Source of the DNA: Pristiophorus japonicus
Taxonomy: Eukaryota
Assembly (NCBI RefSeq): GCF_044704955.1
Contig: NC_091998.1
Coordinates: forward strand, 43,400,001-43,464,000
Length of the DNA stretch: 64,000 bases
Direction: 5' to 3'
A model generated the notes under the pieces. It saw nothing but the letters and a program-made list of their open reading frames with translations, had not been told where the DNA came from and ran no database searches. Every line of letters begins with the position of its first letter. The first letter of the stretch is position 1. Shown piece by piece: positions 46,039 through 59,671 of the stretch. The translations under genes were made by a program, and so were the position numbers.

Positions 46039-47804
46039 AGTGTGTCAGCAGGCTATATTACTATGGGGTGCACCACAGCCGAAACTGATCTGGTCATTTC
46101 CCATCATCCAAAAAACACCCGCACACCTTCCAGCAGGAATTACTATATGGTGATCAGGGATGGGAATGTTAGCTGATTTTCCCCCTCCCCAGACCCCAGA
46201 TGTCCCAGTGAAAATCAGCCAATTCACCATTGAATCATAGAATAATACAGCACAGGAGGCCGCCATTCGGTCCATCGAGTCCGTACGGCTCTTTCGAAGA
46301 GCAATCCAGTTAGTCCCACTCCCCCGCTCTTTCACCACACCTCTGCAATTTTTTCTCCTTTAAGTATTTATCCCATTATCTTTTGTAGGCCACGATTGAA
46401 TCTGTACCCAGCAACCTATCGTTCCAAATCCTAACCACTCGTTGCGTAAAAAAGTTTTTCGCCAATCACCTTAAATCTGTGCCTCTTGCTATCAACTCTT
46501 CAGCCATTGGAAACAGTCTTTCTTTATATGTACACAACTTGTATTTATATAGCGCCTTTAATGTAGTGAAACATCCCAAGGAGCTTCACTGAAGTATTAT
46601 GCGATAAAAATTTGACACAGAGCCGCACAAGTAGAAATTAGCGCAGGTGACCAAAAGCTTGGTCAAAGAGGTATGTTTTAAGGGGAGTCTTGAAGGAGGA
46701 AAGAGAGGTAGAGAGGCGAAGAATTTTAGGCAGGGAGTTCCAGAGTTTGGGGCCCAGGCAACAGAAGGCATGGCCACCAATGGTGGAGCGACTATAATCA
46801 GGGATGCTCAGGAGGGCAGAATTAGAGGAGCACAGATATCTCAGGGGGTTGTGGGGCTGGAGGAGATTACAGAGATAGGGAGGGGCGAGGCCATGGAGGG
46901 ATTTGAAAATAAGGGAAACCGGAAGCCAATGTAGGTCAGCGAGCATAGGGGTGATGGGTGAACAGGATTTAGTGCAAGTTAGGACATGGACAGCCGAGTT
47001 TTGGATCACATCTAGTTTATGTATTCGCATACAGAACCTGGAACCTTTCTAGTCTATTTGGCTCAGTTCTATGTCAAACAGTACATTTAACCATTGGAAT
47101 AGATTTGTAATAGTCCTATATTTTTTTTTTTCAATGACAGGTAACATAGATGATGTTATTGAGGCATGAGGTCAAGGCCCAACACCACGTAAACACTTAA
47201 AAGTTGGTGCTACTTCAGGAGCCACACCAGAGGAAATGTGCAGGACCGCATCCCTGTTCCCACTCCCTCCAGAGGAAAATCTCACCCCACGAACAGTCAC
47301 TGTAGGTTTGTTCTGTCTTTGAAATGATATAAGGCAGAGCCATTGACATCTACGAGTAGAAAGGGACAAAGCTCAGCGTGCTATCATTGTACAACCACAT
47401 GGAAAAACTGCTGGCTGTGAATCTGACCAAGCTGTAGTATCTTCCGACATGCTATCCCTGCCAACCAACACTTCCAAACTTCCCTCCCAATAATCGCTAA
47501 CAATATTAAATATCATCCACGTCGCTACAGGAATGTCTGATGATTCGCCAACTGTGGGATATGAAACAGACACAGTACTGTCAAAATGTTTTCATTCTGA
47601 ATAATCATTAATACAATTGCTTCTGTAGTAAAGTGGAAATCTTCCTTTGTTTAGACACCTGTGAAGATAGCAGTTCACTATATAAACATAGGAACATAAT
47701 GCTAGTTCCTGGCGTCTTTCCAGAATCATTGAACAATGATAAATGACCTCGAGAAAAGTGAGCCATTTAAAAAGCGGCACGTTAAAATACTAATATTTTG
47801 TCTA

Positions 47805-47936
<132 letters not shown>

Positions 47937-48044
47937 CTAGGGTCAGAAACAAGGCGTACAAACGATCACATCCAGTTAATGACCTGTTGTTTACGGACAC
48001 GAGCAGGACAGCTCTAGTGCAACTTATTGTTATATTCAAGTAAA

Positions 48045-48411
48045 AAGACTTGCATTTATATAGCACCTTTCAAGACCTCCGGACATCCCAAAGCGCTTTA
48101 TAGCCAATGAAGTATTTTTTGAAGTGTTGTACTGTAGGAAACGCAGCACAGATTGCGCACAGCAAGCTCCCACAAACAGCAATGTGATAATGACCAGATA
48201 ATCTATTTTTAGTGATGTTGATTGAGGGATAAATATTGGCCCAGGACACCAGGAATAGCTCGACAGCTCTTCTTTGAATAATGCCATGTGATATTTTACA
48301 TCCACCCGAGAAAGATGATGGTTTAATGTCTCAACTGAAAGACGGCACCTCAGACAGCGCAGCACTCCCTTAGTACTGCACTGGAGTGTCAGCCTAGGTT
48401 TTTGTGTTCAA
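48045..48411 (-). mobile_element. DeuSINE (SacSINE1-like), partial
   Basis: Deu domain and tail on the reverse strand. Confidence 0.78.
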
Positions 48412-48781
48412 GTCAGGCTGCAGTGACTTTGGCCTGCACTTGCACCTGTAGCTGTAGCTGGCACCTCTGTAACTCATATACAGTACTACAACCACACTGC
48501 TATTCCAGAACTCCGCTGCAGTCTTTCTTGCCTTTAACTCTCTGGCAAAATAATTTGCAATCCCAATTTTTTTTTTTTAAAAAAGAGACTGCTGTAAACA
48601 CACAACATGCTGATCAGGATCTGAATGAGAAAAAAATATTACTGTTCTGGCTGGAACCCTTCGCGATAACTCTGAATTCTGGGGAAGGGTCCCATCTGAA
48701 ATGGTAACTTCTCTTGCTCTTTCAGATATTGATTAGCATTTCTGTTTCCATTTCAGATTTCCACTTTTTTTTTCCATCTAT

Positions 48782-48808
<27 letters not shown>
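48782..48808. repeat. (AC)n microsatellite
   Basis: About 13 AC units. Confidence 0.95.
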
Positions 48809-48813
<5 letters not shown>

Positions 48814-49048
48814 ACTAAAGTTGGTACAACTGTTGAGATTACATCCTGATGAAGGTGGGAAATGGTCTGTCACCATCATTTTGCAATTGCCATTAGCCAA
48901 TCACAGTTCCCACTGTGGTCAGGTTTAGCAGATTTCCTCAGTGGCCATTTTCTGACATGTCCCTCACTAAAGTGTTGAAATCTACCCTGTGAACTTGTCA
49001 GTTCATTTCACACCGTGTAGCAAAACATCTCCCAACACCAAGGCCTAC

Positions 49049-49120
49049 CTTTAGAGTTTGATATCTCGCATTCTGGATTACACTCTCAACTTCTCTGCAG
49101 AGTCCATCTTCAAGGATTTC
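49049..49120 (-). CDS. POLM: DNA polymerase mu, exon 5 (EILEDGLCREVESVIQNARYQTLK)
   Basis: tgctgcAG|GAA...AAG|GTAGG, 72 nt, phase 0/0. Confidence 0.93.
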
Positions 49121-49306
49121 CTGCAGCAAAGATTGAGGAGACTCATGTGTTTCATTTCCTGCAGTATTAATTGCATTACTGTCCAAAAACATCCACTGAG
49201 TTGTAAATTGTTAGAACAGCAGAGACCAAACTGGATCCTTTCTCATCTGATTTTTTGCCTTTGCACTGTCTAACTTTGCTGCATCAAGGCTCCAGTGGCA
49301 GCATTA

Positions 49307-52000
49307 TAGAAACATAGAAAATAGGTGCAGGAGTAGGCCATTCGGCCTTCGAGCCTGCACCACCATTCAACATGATCATGGCTGATCATGCAACTTGGAT
49401 ATAAAAGGGGTCAGAGGGTCTAGTAAGGAGGGGGAACTGAGGGAAATCTTTATTAATCGGGAAATTGTGTTGGGGAAATTGATGGGATTGAAGGCCGATA
49501 AATCCCCAGGGCCTGATGGACTGCATCCTAGAGTACTTAAGGAGGTGGCCTTGGAAATAGCGGATGCATTGACAGTCATTTTCCAACATTCCATTGACTC
49601 TGGATCAGTTCCTATGGAGTGGAGGGTAGCCAATGTAACCCCACTTTTTAAAAAAGGAGGGAGAGAGAAAACAGGGAATTATAGACCGGTCAGCCTGACC
49701 TCAGTAGTGGGTAAAATGATGGAATCAATTATTAAGGATGTCATAGCAGTGCATCTGGAAAATGGTGACATGATAGGTCCAAGTCAGCATGGATTTGTGA
49801 AAGGGAAATCATGCTTGACAAATCTTCTGGAATTTTTTGAGGATGTTTCCAGTAAAGTGGACAAAGGAGAACCAGTTGATGTGGTATATTTGGACTTTCA
49901 GAAGGCTTTCGACAAGGTCCCACACAAGAGATTAATGTGCAAAGTTAAAGCACATGGGATTGGGGGTAGTGTGCTGACGTGGATTGAGAACTGGTTGTCA
50001 GACAGGAAGCAAAGAGTAGGAGTAAATGGGTACTTTTCAGAATGGCAGGCAGTGACTAGTGGGGTACCGCAAGGTTCTGTGCTGGGGCCCCAGCTGTTTA
50101 CATTGTACATTAATGATTTAGACGAGGGGATTAAATGCAGTATCTCCAAATTTGCGGATGATACTAAGTTGGGTGGCAGTGTGAGCTGCGAGGAGGATGC
50201 TATGAGGCTGCAGAGTGACTTGGATAGGTTAGGTGAGTGGGCAAATGCATGGCAGATGAAGTATAATGTGGATAAATGTGAGGTTATCCACTTTGGTGGT
50301 AAAAACAGAGAGACAGACTATTATCTGAATGGTGACAGATTAGGAAAAGGGAAGGTGCAACGAGACCTGGGTGTCATGGTACATCAGTCATTGAAGGTTG
50401 GCATGCAGGTACAGCAGGCGGTTAAGAAAGCAAATGGCATGTTGGCCTTCATAGCGAGGGGATTTGAGTACAGGGGCAGGGAGGTGTTGCTACAGTTGTA
50501 CAGGGCCTTGGTGAGGCCACACCTGGAGTATTGTGTACAGTTTTGGTCTCCTAACTTGAGGAAGGACATTCTTGCTATTGAGGGAGTGCAGCGAAGGTTC
50601 ACCAGACTGATTCCCGGGATGGCGGGACTGACCTATCAAGAAAGATTGGATCAACTGGGCTTGTATTCACTGGAGTTCAGAAGAATGAGAGGGGACCTCA
50701 TAGAAACGTTTAAAATTCTGACGGGTTTAGACAGGTTAGATGCAGGAAGAATGTTCCCAATGTTGGGGAAGTCCAGAACCAGGGGTCACAGTCTAAGGAT
50801 AAGGGGTAAGCCATTTAGGACCGAGATGAGGAGAAACTTCTTCACCCAGAGAGTGGTGAACCTGTGGAATTCTCTGCCACAGAAAGTAGTTGAGGCCAAT
50901 TCACTAAATATATTCAAAAGGGAGTTAGATGAAGTCCTTACTACTCGGGGGATCAAGGGTTATGGCAAGAAAGCAGGAAGGGGGTACTGAAGTTTCATGT
51001 TCAGCCATGAACTCATTGAATGGCGGTGCAGGCTAGAAGGGCTGAATGGCCTGCTCCTGCACCTATTTTCTATGTTTCTATGTTTCAGTACCCCATTCCT
51101 GATTTCTCTCCATATCCCTTGATCCTTTAGCCGTTAGGGCCACATCTAACTCCCTTTTGAATATATCTAACGAACTGGCCTCAACAACTTTCTGTGGTAG
51201 AGAATTCCACAGGTTCACAATTCTCTGAGTGAAGAAGTTTCTCCTCATCTCGGTCCTAAATGGCTTACCCCTTATCCTTAGACTATGACCCCTGGTTCTG
51301 GACTTCCCCAACATCGAGAATATTCTTCCTGCATCTAACCTGTCCAATCCCGTCAGAATTTTATATGTTTCTATGAGATCCCCTCTCCTTCTAAATTCCA
51401 GTTAATATAAGCCTAGTCGATCCAGTCTTTCTTCAAATGTCAGTCCTGCCATCCCGGGAATCAGTCTGGTGAACCTTGGCTGCACTCCCTCAATAGCAAG
51501 AATGTCCTTCCTCAGATTAGAAGACAAAAACTGTACACAATATTCAAGGTGTGGCCTCACCAAGGCCTATACCATTGCAGTAAGACATCCCTGCTCCTAT
51601 ACTCAAATCCTCTCGCTATGAAGGCCAACATGCCATTTGCCTTCTTCGCCGCCTGCTGTACCTGCATGCCAACTTTCAATGACTGATGTACTATGACACG
51701 CAGGTCTCATTGCACCTCTCCTTTTCCTAATCTGTCACCATTCAGATAGCATTCTGCCTCCCTGTTTTTGCCACCAAAGTGGATAACCTCACATTTAGCG
51801 ACATTATACTGCATCTGCCTTGCATTTGGCCACTCACCTAACCTGTCCAAGTCACCCTGCAGCTTCTTAGCATCTTCCTCACAGCTCACACTGCCACCCA
51901 GCTTAGTGTCAACTGCAAACTTGGATATATTACATGCAATTCCTTCGTCCAAATCATTAATGTATATTGTAAATAGCTGGGGACCCAGCACCGAACCTTG
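49307..52000 (-). mobile_element. Minus-strand 5'-truncated CR1 (pieces 51086-52000 and 49307-49396), split by a younger CR1
   Basis: Joining catgcaactt|cagtacccc restores the CR1 3'UTR. RT remnant [10 protein letters not shown]...FAVDTK. Confidence 0.88.
49397..51085 (+). mobile_element. Young 5'-truncated CR1 with an uninterrupted 531-codon RT-containing frame
   Basis: ORF 49395-50990 has no stops and an intact FADD motif, followed by a (ttctatgt)n tail. Confidence 0.95.
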
Positions 52001-52094
52001 ATGATATAAATGCAGCACCACGTAATAAACAGCTGCTCTCCTGGTTACCCAAAGAAAGCTTCAAGACTACAGAAACAATGCACCATGTCATTAC

Positions 52095-52265
52095 CTTAAT
52101 CACCTTTCTGGAATGGTCCCCAAGACTGGGAATCCCTTGAAGGACTTCCATTCTGGTCACATTATATGGCAAAGACTTTAGAATAGAAGATGCTCTGGTG
52201 AATGCCAGGTACCGTCCCTCACTCTCACATAACTCTGCATTTTCAGCCAGTATCTTCAATGCATC
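52095..52265 (-). CDS. POLM: DNA polymerase mu, exon 4 (DALKILAENAELCESEGRYLAFTRASSILKSLP...LGDHSRKVIK)
   Basis: gcctAG|GAT...AAG|GTAAT, 171 nt, phase 0/0. Encodes the 8-kDa domain. Confidence 0.95.
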
Positions 52266-52753
52266 CTAGGCAGAATCAAGACAAAGGACCACATCTAAAT
52301 CCATTTGTTATAGTGTACACATTTCAACATAGCCAGTTTCCATTAACTCGCTCAGGACTTCAAATGCATCCCAGGATTTTAAAAAGAATTACGACTATTC
52401 ATATTTTACATTACATACATTTTGAGCCAGGAATTTTCTTCTTTCTTCACCCCTTCCAAAGTAGCCTCACACATGAACCCAGCGAGTGTCAACAGCGTGA
52501 GTCGTCATAGTCAAGCCCTAACCATGTTCTCAAATGACTTCGATACACATGCATTTTCTAACAGCGTCGTCAGGTAGTGAACATGAGCAGCAACCTCAGT
52601 TTATATTCCCTCTCCCTCAGCCAGAGGCACGAGGGCCATCAGTCTGGGCATGACAAAGGGTCCCAAGTAACCCTGCATCTTTCATTATAGTTACTGCAAT
52701 TTATTCTAGAGACTTGGGAACAGGGATGGGGTGGGGTGTCGACTGATTATTAC

Positions 52754-52849
52754 CGTAAGTAATCTGTTTTTATTGTTCAGCGTGGTCCTTCTTTGACAGG
52801 CGTACGGTGAAATAGGAACCCCAATAACAGCAGCAGCAACTCTCGTCAC
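52754..52849 (-). CDS. POLM: DNA polymerase mu, exon 3 (VTRVAAAVIGVPISPYACQRRTTLNNKNRLLT)
   Basis: tttttAG|GTG...ACG|GTAAT, 96 nt, phase 0/0. Contains the YACQR motif. Confidence 0.92.
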
Positions 52850-53129
52850 CTAAAAATCAAACACAATTGGTAAGTATTATAATTGAATCCAGCCACACAC
52901 ACCTTATTCCCCCCCCCCTCCGACAAATGAAAATCAGACCAACCATTAACAAAGGGTGTAAGAGCCATTAAGTGGGGTCTCTCTGATATGGCAGATTGGA
53001 ACACTCTGTTGCAAACTCAGTGATCCTATTCTTAAGCAAGGCACATCCACAATACTTCAGGGCATTGTTGATGACTGACCAGCCTGGATCAAAATAGAAC
53101 CAGGAAAGGCAGACCGGTCACTGAGGAAC

Positions 53130-53522
53130 ACCCTGGAATTCCTCAGATGCACCAACGTTAGCGTCCTCGACCAGGCCAACATCCCCAGCATTGAAGCACC
53201 GACCACACTCGATCAGCTCCGCTAGGCAGGCTACATTGTTTGCATGCCTGACACAAGACTCCCAAAGCAAGTGCTCTACTCAGAACTCCTTCACAGCAAA
53301 CGAGCCAAAGGTGGGCAGAGGACACGTTTCAAGGACACCCTCAAAGCCTCCCTGATAAAGTGCAACATCCCCACTGACACCTGGGAGTCCCTGGCCAAAG
53401 ACCGCCCTAAGTGGAAGAAGTGCATCCGGGAGGGCGCTGAGCACCTCGCGTCTCATCGCCGAGATCATGCAGAAACCAAGCACAGTCTGCGGAAAGAACG
53501 TGCAGCAAACCAATCCCACTCG
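53130..53522 (+). mobile_element. RTE LINE 3' fragment, tail-to-tail with the long minus-strand RTE
   Basis: Encodes MPDTRLPKQVLYSEL...DRPKWKKCIREG. Confidence 0.85.
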
Positions 53523-53542
53523 ACTCCAGAGAACTGCAAGCC

Positions 53543-56500
53543 CATCATCATCATCATAGGCAATCCCTCGAAATCGAGGGAGACTTGCTTCCACACTAAA
53601 AATGAGTCCTTAGGTGGCTGAACAGTCCAATACAAGAACCACAGTCCCTGTCACAGGTGGGACAGATGGTCATTGAGGGAAAGGGTGGGTGGGACTGGTT
53701 TGCTGTACATTCTTTCCGCAGACTGTGCTTGGTTTCTGCATGCTCTCGGCGATGAGACTCGAGGTGCTCAGTGCCCTCCCGGATGCACTTCTTCCACTTA
53801 GGGCGGTCTTTGGCCAGGTACTCCCAGGTGTCAGTGGGGATGTCGCACTTTATCAGGGAGGCTTTGAAGGAGTCCTTGAAACGTTTCCTCTGCCTACCTT
53901 TGGCTCGTTTGCTGTGAGGGAGTTCTGAGCAGAGCGCCAGCTTTGGGAGTCTTGTGTCAGGCAGGCAAACTATGTGGCCTGCCCAGCGGAGCTGATAGAG
54001 TGTGATCAGTGCTTCAATGCTGGGGATGTTGGCCTGGTCGAGGATGGTAACATTGGTGCATCTGTCCTCCCAGGGGATTTGCAGGATCTTGCGGAGACAT
54101 CGTTGGTGGTATTTCTCCAGCAATTTGAGATGTCTACTGTATATGGTCCATGTCTCTGAGCCATAAAGGAGGGCGGGTATCACTATAGCCCTGTAGACCA
54201 TGAGCTTGGTGGCAGATTTGAGGGCTTGGTCTTTGAACGCTCTTTTCCTTAGGTGGCCGAAGGCTGCACTGGCGCACTGGAGGCGGTGCTGAATCTCGTC
54301 GTCAATGTCTGCCCTTGTTGATAAGAGACTCCCGAGGTATGGGAAATGGTCCTCGTTGTCCAGGGCCGCGCCGTGGATCTTGATGAATGGGTTGGCGGGG
54401 GCAGTGTCATGCAACAGGGACAGGTTGGTGGAGGACCATGCTTTCATACGCCTCAATGAAGATGTTGATTATGTCTCGGAGTCTCTGAATGTGCGCAGAC
54501 GCAGGCGTCGTCCGCGTACTGTACCTCGCCGACAGAGGATGGGACAGTCTTGGATCTGGCCTGGAGACGTCGCAGGTTGAACAGGTTCCCACTGGTTCTG
54601 TAGTTTAGTTCCATTCCAGCGTGGTGCTTGTTGATTGTGAGGTGGATCATGGCGGCGAGGAAGATTGAGAAGAGGTTTGGCGCGATGACGCAGCCCTGTT
54701 TGAACCCGGTCCAGACGTAGATTGGGTCTGTAATGGATCCGTTGGTAAGGATCACGGCTTGCGTGTCGTCGTGGAGCAGGCGGAGGATGGTGACAAACTT
54801 TTGGGGACAGCCGAAATGGAGGAGGACGCTCCATTGACCCTCGTGGTTGACAGTGTCAAAGGCCTTTGTAAGGTCAAAGAAGGCCAAGTACAAGGGTTGG
54901 TGTTGCTCCCTGCATTTTTCTTGTAGCTGTCGCGCTGTAAAAATCATGTCTGTTTTACCCTGGAGGGGACGAAACCCACACTGCGACTCCGGGAGGAACT
55001 CCTCAGCCACAGGGAAAAGACGGTTGAGGAAGATTCTAGCGATGATTTTCCCAGTGGCTGATAACAGGGAGATTCCTCTATAGTTGCCGCAGTCGGACTT
55101 GTCCTCTTTTTTTTAAAGATGGTCACGATCACTGTATCTCTGAGATCTCCCGCCATGCTCTCCTCCCTCCAGATGAGAGAGATGAGGTCATGCATTCATG
55201 CCAACAGTGCCTCTCCGCCATACTTCAGTGCCTTAGCAGGGATTCCATCCACTCCCGTAGCCTTGTTGTTCTTAAGCTGTCTTATGGCTTCTCTACCTCA
55301 TGCAGGGCTGGGGTTTTACTGAGATGGTGGCGGATAGCATGCTGTGGGTTGGATTCGAGGACACTCGAGTCAAAGGCACAGTCTCGATTGAGGAGATCCA
55401 CCCAGCGGGCCCTGACTGCCTCGGTGTCCTTGATGAGTGTCTCCCCGTTCTTGGCCAGCAGTGGGGTGGGGCCTTGGGTGTTTGGACCGTCGGTGGCCTT
55501 GACTGCGGTGAAGAATCCTCACACATCATGGCTGTCGGCCAACTGCTGTATCTCCTGTGCTTTCTCCATCCACCACTTGTTCTTTAGGTCCCGAGTTTTT
55601 TGTTGGACCTCGGCCTTAAGCCATCTGTAATGCTGCCTTGCTGCTCCCGAGTTGGGTTGTTGTTTTAAGCTCCAAAATGCCCTGCGCTTGTGATCTATTA
55701 ACTCTTGGATCTCCTGGTCATTCTCATCAAACCAGTCCTGGTGTTTCCTGGTTGAGTGACCGAGCAGCTCTTCACAGGCACTGGTTATGGAGGTCTGGTG
55801 GGCAGACTAAGCGCTGTGGACATTCTGCATCTCAGGGTCATCAAGGCATGCCAGGTTAGCTGTGAGGTGCTGACTGTATAGGGCTCTCTTAGCTGGGTCT
55901 TTGAGTGCCCCGGCATTGACTTTTTTGCAGCACTGCTTCTGCTGCCATTGCCACTTTGGGGCTATGTTGATGTTAATGATGGAATAGATTAGGCGGTAGT
56001 CCGTCCAGCAGTCATCAGTTCCTGTCATGGCACGGGTGATGTGCCCATCCTTGCAATCCCTGGCTTGGACAATGACATAGTCGAGCAGGTGCCAGTGTTT
56101 GGAGCGAGGGTGTTGCCACAATGCCTTATACTGGACCTTCTGGCAGAACAAGGTGTTGGTGATGAAAAGGTCGTGTTCTAGACATTTTGTCAGGAGCAGG
56201 GTACCGCTGGGTTTGGTTTACCCTAATCACTCTCTGCCGATCACGCCTCCCCAGGGGGCTGTGTCCTTGCTGACCCTGGCATTGAAGTCACCGAGGAGGA
56301 TCAGTTTGTCGTCTGCAGGGACGCGGGACAGGGATTTTTCAAGGCTGAAGTAAAAACCCTCTTTGGTCTCATCGAGGGTTGGGGCGTACATACTGAGCAT
56401 TGATTCCGGGATAGGGTGAGTCGGAGAATCATAAGAACATAAGAAATAGGAGCAGAAGTAGGCCATACGGCCCCTCGAGCCTGCTCCGCCATTCAATAAG

Positions 56501-58728
56501 ATCATGGCTGATCTGATCATGGACTCGGCTCCACTTCTGTGCCCACTCCCCATAACCCCTTATCGTTTAAGAAACTGTTTCTGTCTTAAATTTATTCAAT
56601 GTCCCAGCTTCCACAGCTCTCTGAGGCAGCGAATTCCACAAATTTACAACCCTCATGAGGAGAAATGTCTTCTCTCTCAGTTTTAAATGGGCGGCCCCTT
56701 ATTCTAAGATCATGCTCTCTAGTTCTAGTCTCCCCCATCAGTGGAAACATCCACTTTGTCAAGCCCCCTCATAATCTTATACGTTTCGATAAGATCACCT
56801 CTCATTCTTCTGAATTCCAATCAGTAGAGGCCCAACCAACTCAACCTTTCCTCATAAGTCAACCCCCTCATCCCTGGAATCAACCTAGTGAACTTTCTCC
56901 GAACTGCCTCTAAAGCAAGTATATCTTTCCTTAAATATGGAAACCAAAACTGCATGCAGTATTCCAGGTGTGGCCTCACCAATACCCTGTATAGCTTTTA
57001 TACTCTATCCCCTTTGCAACAAAGACCAAGATTCCATTGGCCTTCCTGATCACTTGCTGAACCTGCATACTATCCTTTTGTGTTTCATGCACAAGTATCC
57101 CCAGGTCCCGCTCTACTGCAGCACTTTGCAATCTTTCTCCATTTAAATAATAACTTGCTCTTTGATTTTTTTTCTGCCAAAGTGCATGACCTCACACTTT
57201 CCAACATTATACTCCATCTGCCAAATTTTTGCCCACTCACTTAGCCTGTCTATGTCCTTTTGCAGATTTTGTGTCCTCCTCACACATTGCTCTTCCTCCC
57301 ATCTTTGTATCATCAGCAAACTTGGCTATGTTACACTCAGTCCCTTCTTCCAAGTCGTTAATATAGTCGCTTCTTCCAAGTCGAATCATGAGACGTTCGT
57401 TAATCCTGCAGGGGGAAGTCTTTGAGGCGGTTGACCAGCTCGTTTTTGATAGCGAAACCTACTTCGTGGAGGCGGTGTTCTTCCTTTGGTTTCCATTTCC
57501 AAAAGAAGGTGTAACCTCCACCTTGTTCCTTGAGCTGGCCTTCCCCTGCCCACCGGGTCTCACTTAGGGCAGCGATGTTGATATCAAAGCGTCTAAGTTT
57601 CCGGGCAACTATGGCGGTGCGGCATTCCAGCCTGCCGCTGTTGGGAGTTGTCCATGAGGGTCCTGACATTCCAGGTCCCGAACTTCATGTTTATGGAGTG
57701 GAAGTTGCCTGTGCGCGAGTTCTTTTAACGTGGAGTGGCAGTTGCACACCAGCTACCACACTGGCTTAGCTGAGCAAGGTCTTGGTCTAGTGGCAAGGGG
57801 GTCCAAGACGACTGGAGACCAGTCACTGCTGTATGAGCCTAGTTGCCTACGAGATGTTGGCCATAAGCTCGGCGCTGAGTAGCGCCCTTCGGTGAGATGG
57901 TAGGTGGTCCGAGGTTTGACCGGGGGCAGACATTGGGAAGGTCAGTGGACTATTTTTTGGGTGATGTTCAGAGTGGAAGGAGGTCAGGGTGGTCACAGCC
58001 ATTGTGCTCTCCACGTGCTGGAGGAGAAGAGGCCAGGTCGTCAGTGGAGAAGGAGAGGCCTAGTCGCCGGTGGAGGGGAGGAAGCCCAATCACTGTTGAA
58101 GGAGGAGGGGCTTAGCCACCGCTGGGGTAGAGGAGGCCCGATCGCCATTGAAGGAGCAGCTGAGTCGGCTATGTCCAGTGGGGAGCGCAAGGTAGGCCCA
58201 AAACTGTGGTCGGAGGCTCATCGGGCGGCGTCGGGGATCGGGTGGAGCAGCTGAGTTGGCCGCGTCGTCGGGAGCGTGGGGGAGAAGAGGTCCAGTTGCT
58301 GCAGGAGGGGAAGAGGCTCGGACGTCGAAGAAGGGAAGAGGCCCAGTCGCCGCTGGAGAAGAGGTCCGGTCGCTGGAGGGGAAGTGACTCGGATGCTGCG
58401 GAAGGAAAGAGGCTCGGATGCTGCAGGAGGGAACAGGCTCGGTCGCCGCTGATTAGAGGGTTGTCCGGTCGTCGCCGATGGATGGAAGCTCGGAGGGAAG
58501 GCTCGCGCCTGAGGTAGGCCCAAATTTTGGGGATTTGTGTTTTAGAGTTTTATGGTTTTAGGGTTAGAAATGCACCCTCTATTAGGGCCTATTAAGACCA
58601 GGGGAAGCTTAAACATTGGAAGGGGGGTGATTGAGTGTGAAAAGGTGTCGTATGGCAACTGATGGCAAGGATAAAGTTGTTTGGCAGGGGAGCTCCCAGG
58701 GAGCTGCCACCCCGACAGCCATCTTGCT
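53543..58728 (-). mobile_element. Near full-length RTE (BovB-like) LINE, decayed, in POLM intron 2
   Basis: The ORF starts MKFGTWNVRTLMD (ATG at 57688). It includes APE (ALSETR, LLGDFNARV), RT (ESQCGFR, FDLTKAFD, QGCV, YADD) and a C-terminal CxxC...HxxxH finger, with a (gat)n tail. The GC-rich 5'UTR probably begins at caagatggc near 58727; this boundary is inferred. Confidence 0.85.
56429..57366 (-). mobile_element. CR1 3' fragment inserted in the RTE endonuclease region
   Basis: (ttcttatg) tail at 56429-56448 and KFADDTK at about 57320. Same subfamily as the 9220-24233 CR1. Confidence 0.85.
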
Positions 58729-59671
58729 TATCCCAATGCACTAGTGGACATCAGGTGGTTTTGAGTGGAGATGGAGTGGGAAGATTACCAGTGGTATTAA
58801 TTGGCAAACTGTGAACTTATTTGATTCAACTCCAGCAGTACCGCTGCTCACATTCAGCGTCTCCAAGATTTGGTTCTGCCAATCTGCACCTAAGCTTTCT
58901 GGATTTAGATAAGTGGAGCATGTCCCTTATAAAGGAGCGGGTGCGTTCCATTGCAAGGCAATCAGAAACTACCTATTTGTATTTCTCAGTCATTTGATTT
59001 GGAGACTCTAAATATTGCAACGAGTTTCCTCATTGTAACACATACCTGCCCAAAACTAAAAGGAGTGAAATTAGAATTTCAGAAAATTCCATGTAGTATA
59101 CCATCATTGATGGAAATTTACTTCACGTCAACGATTTCCTTGGAATGTGTGTTTAGCATTTCAGAAGCTTGTATATTTTTCACTATTCAGAGCCCTATGG
59201 ACTTTCCTTATTCTGACCAGTTGGACGTATCCTGCTTGAATACATCTGACTCTTCCTTCAGCCACACAATTTTTTCTCCACTTTCCTCCTTTCCTAAAAA
59301 GATGCTAGCTGTGGATTCACAGAGAGGGTCAGCAGACTATTTTAACACGGAAGGGGGAAATCACAGCCTGACACAATCTGGCTGTTCATTCACACGCACT
59401 TCCAGCAGGACACACTGAAAAGCAATCAGGAGCAGGAACCCTAGGTGATTTTGCCCAGGGACAGGAAGCGATTGCAGCACCCAACTCCTGTCCCAGCCAT
59501 TAGTCAACGTATACCACAGACCAGGAATCGAACCTAGTGCGTTCCTGGTCTATTTGACAACGAACCACACCTCACATGGTGCATTAATGAATCGCCAGAG
59601 GAATTCTAATATATTTTTTCAAAAGTGCACTCACATATCAGTGTTCTCTAACAAGACTTGCATCAAAATAC

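Noticed and set aside
49395-50990. Domesticated RT gene (531-aa open frame)
   Set aside because: It is a 5'-truncated CR1 with no ATG at the frame start and no promoter, nearly identical to other copies. The open frame reflects recent insertion.
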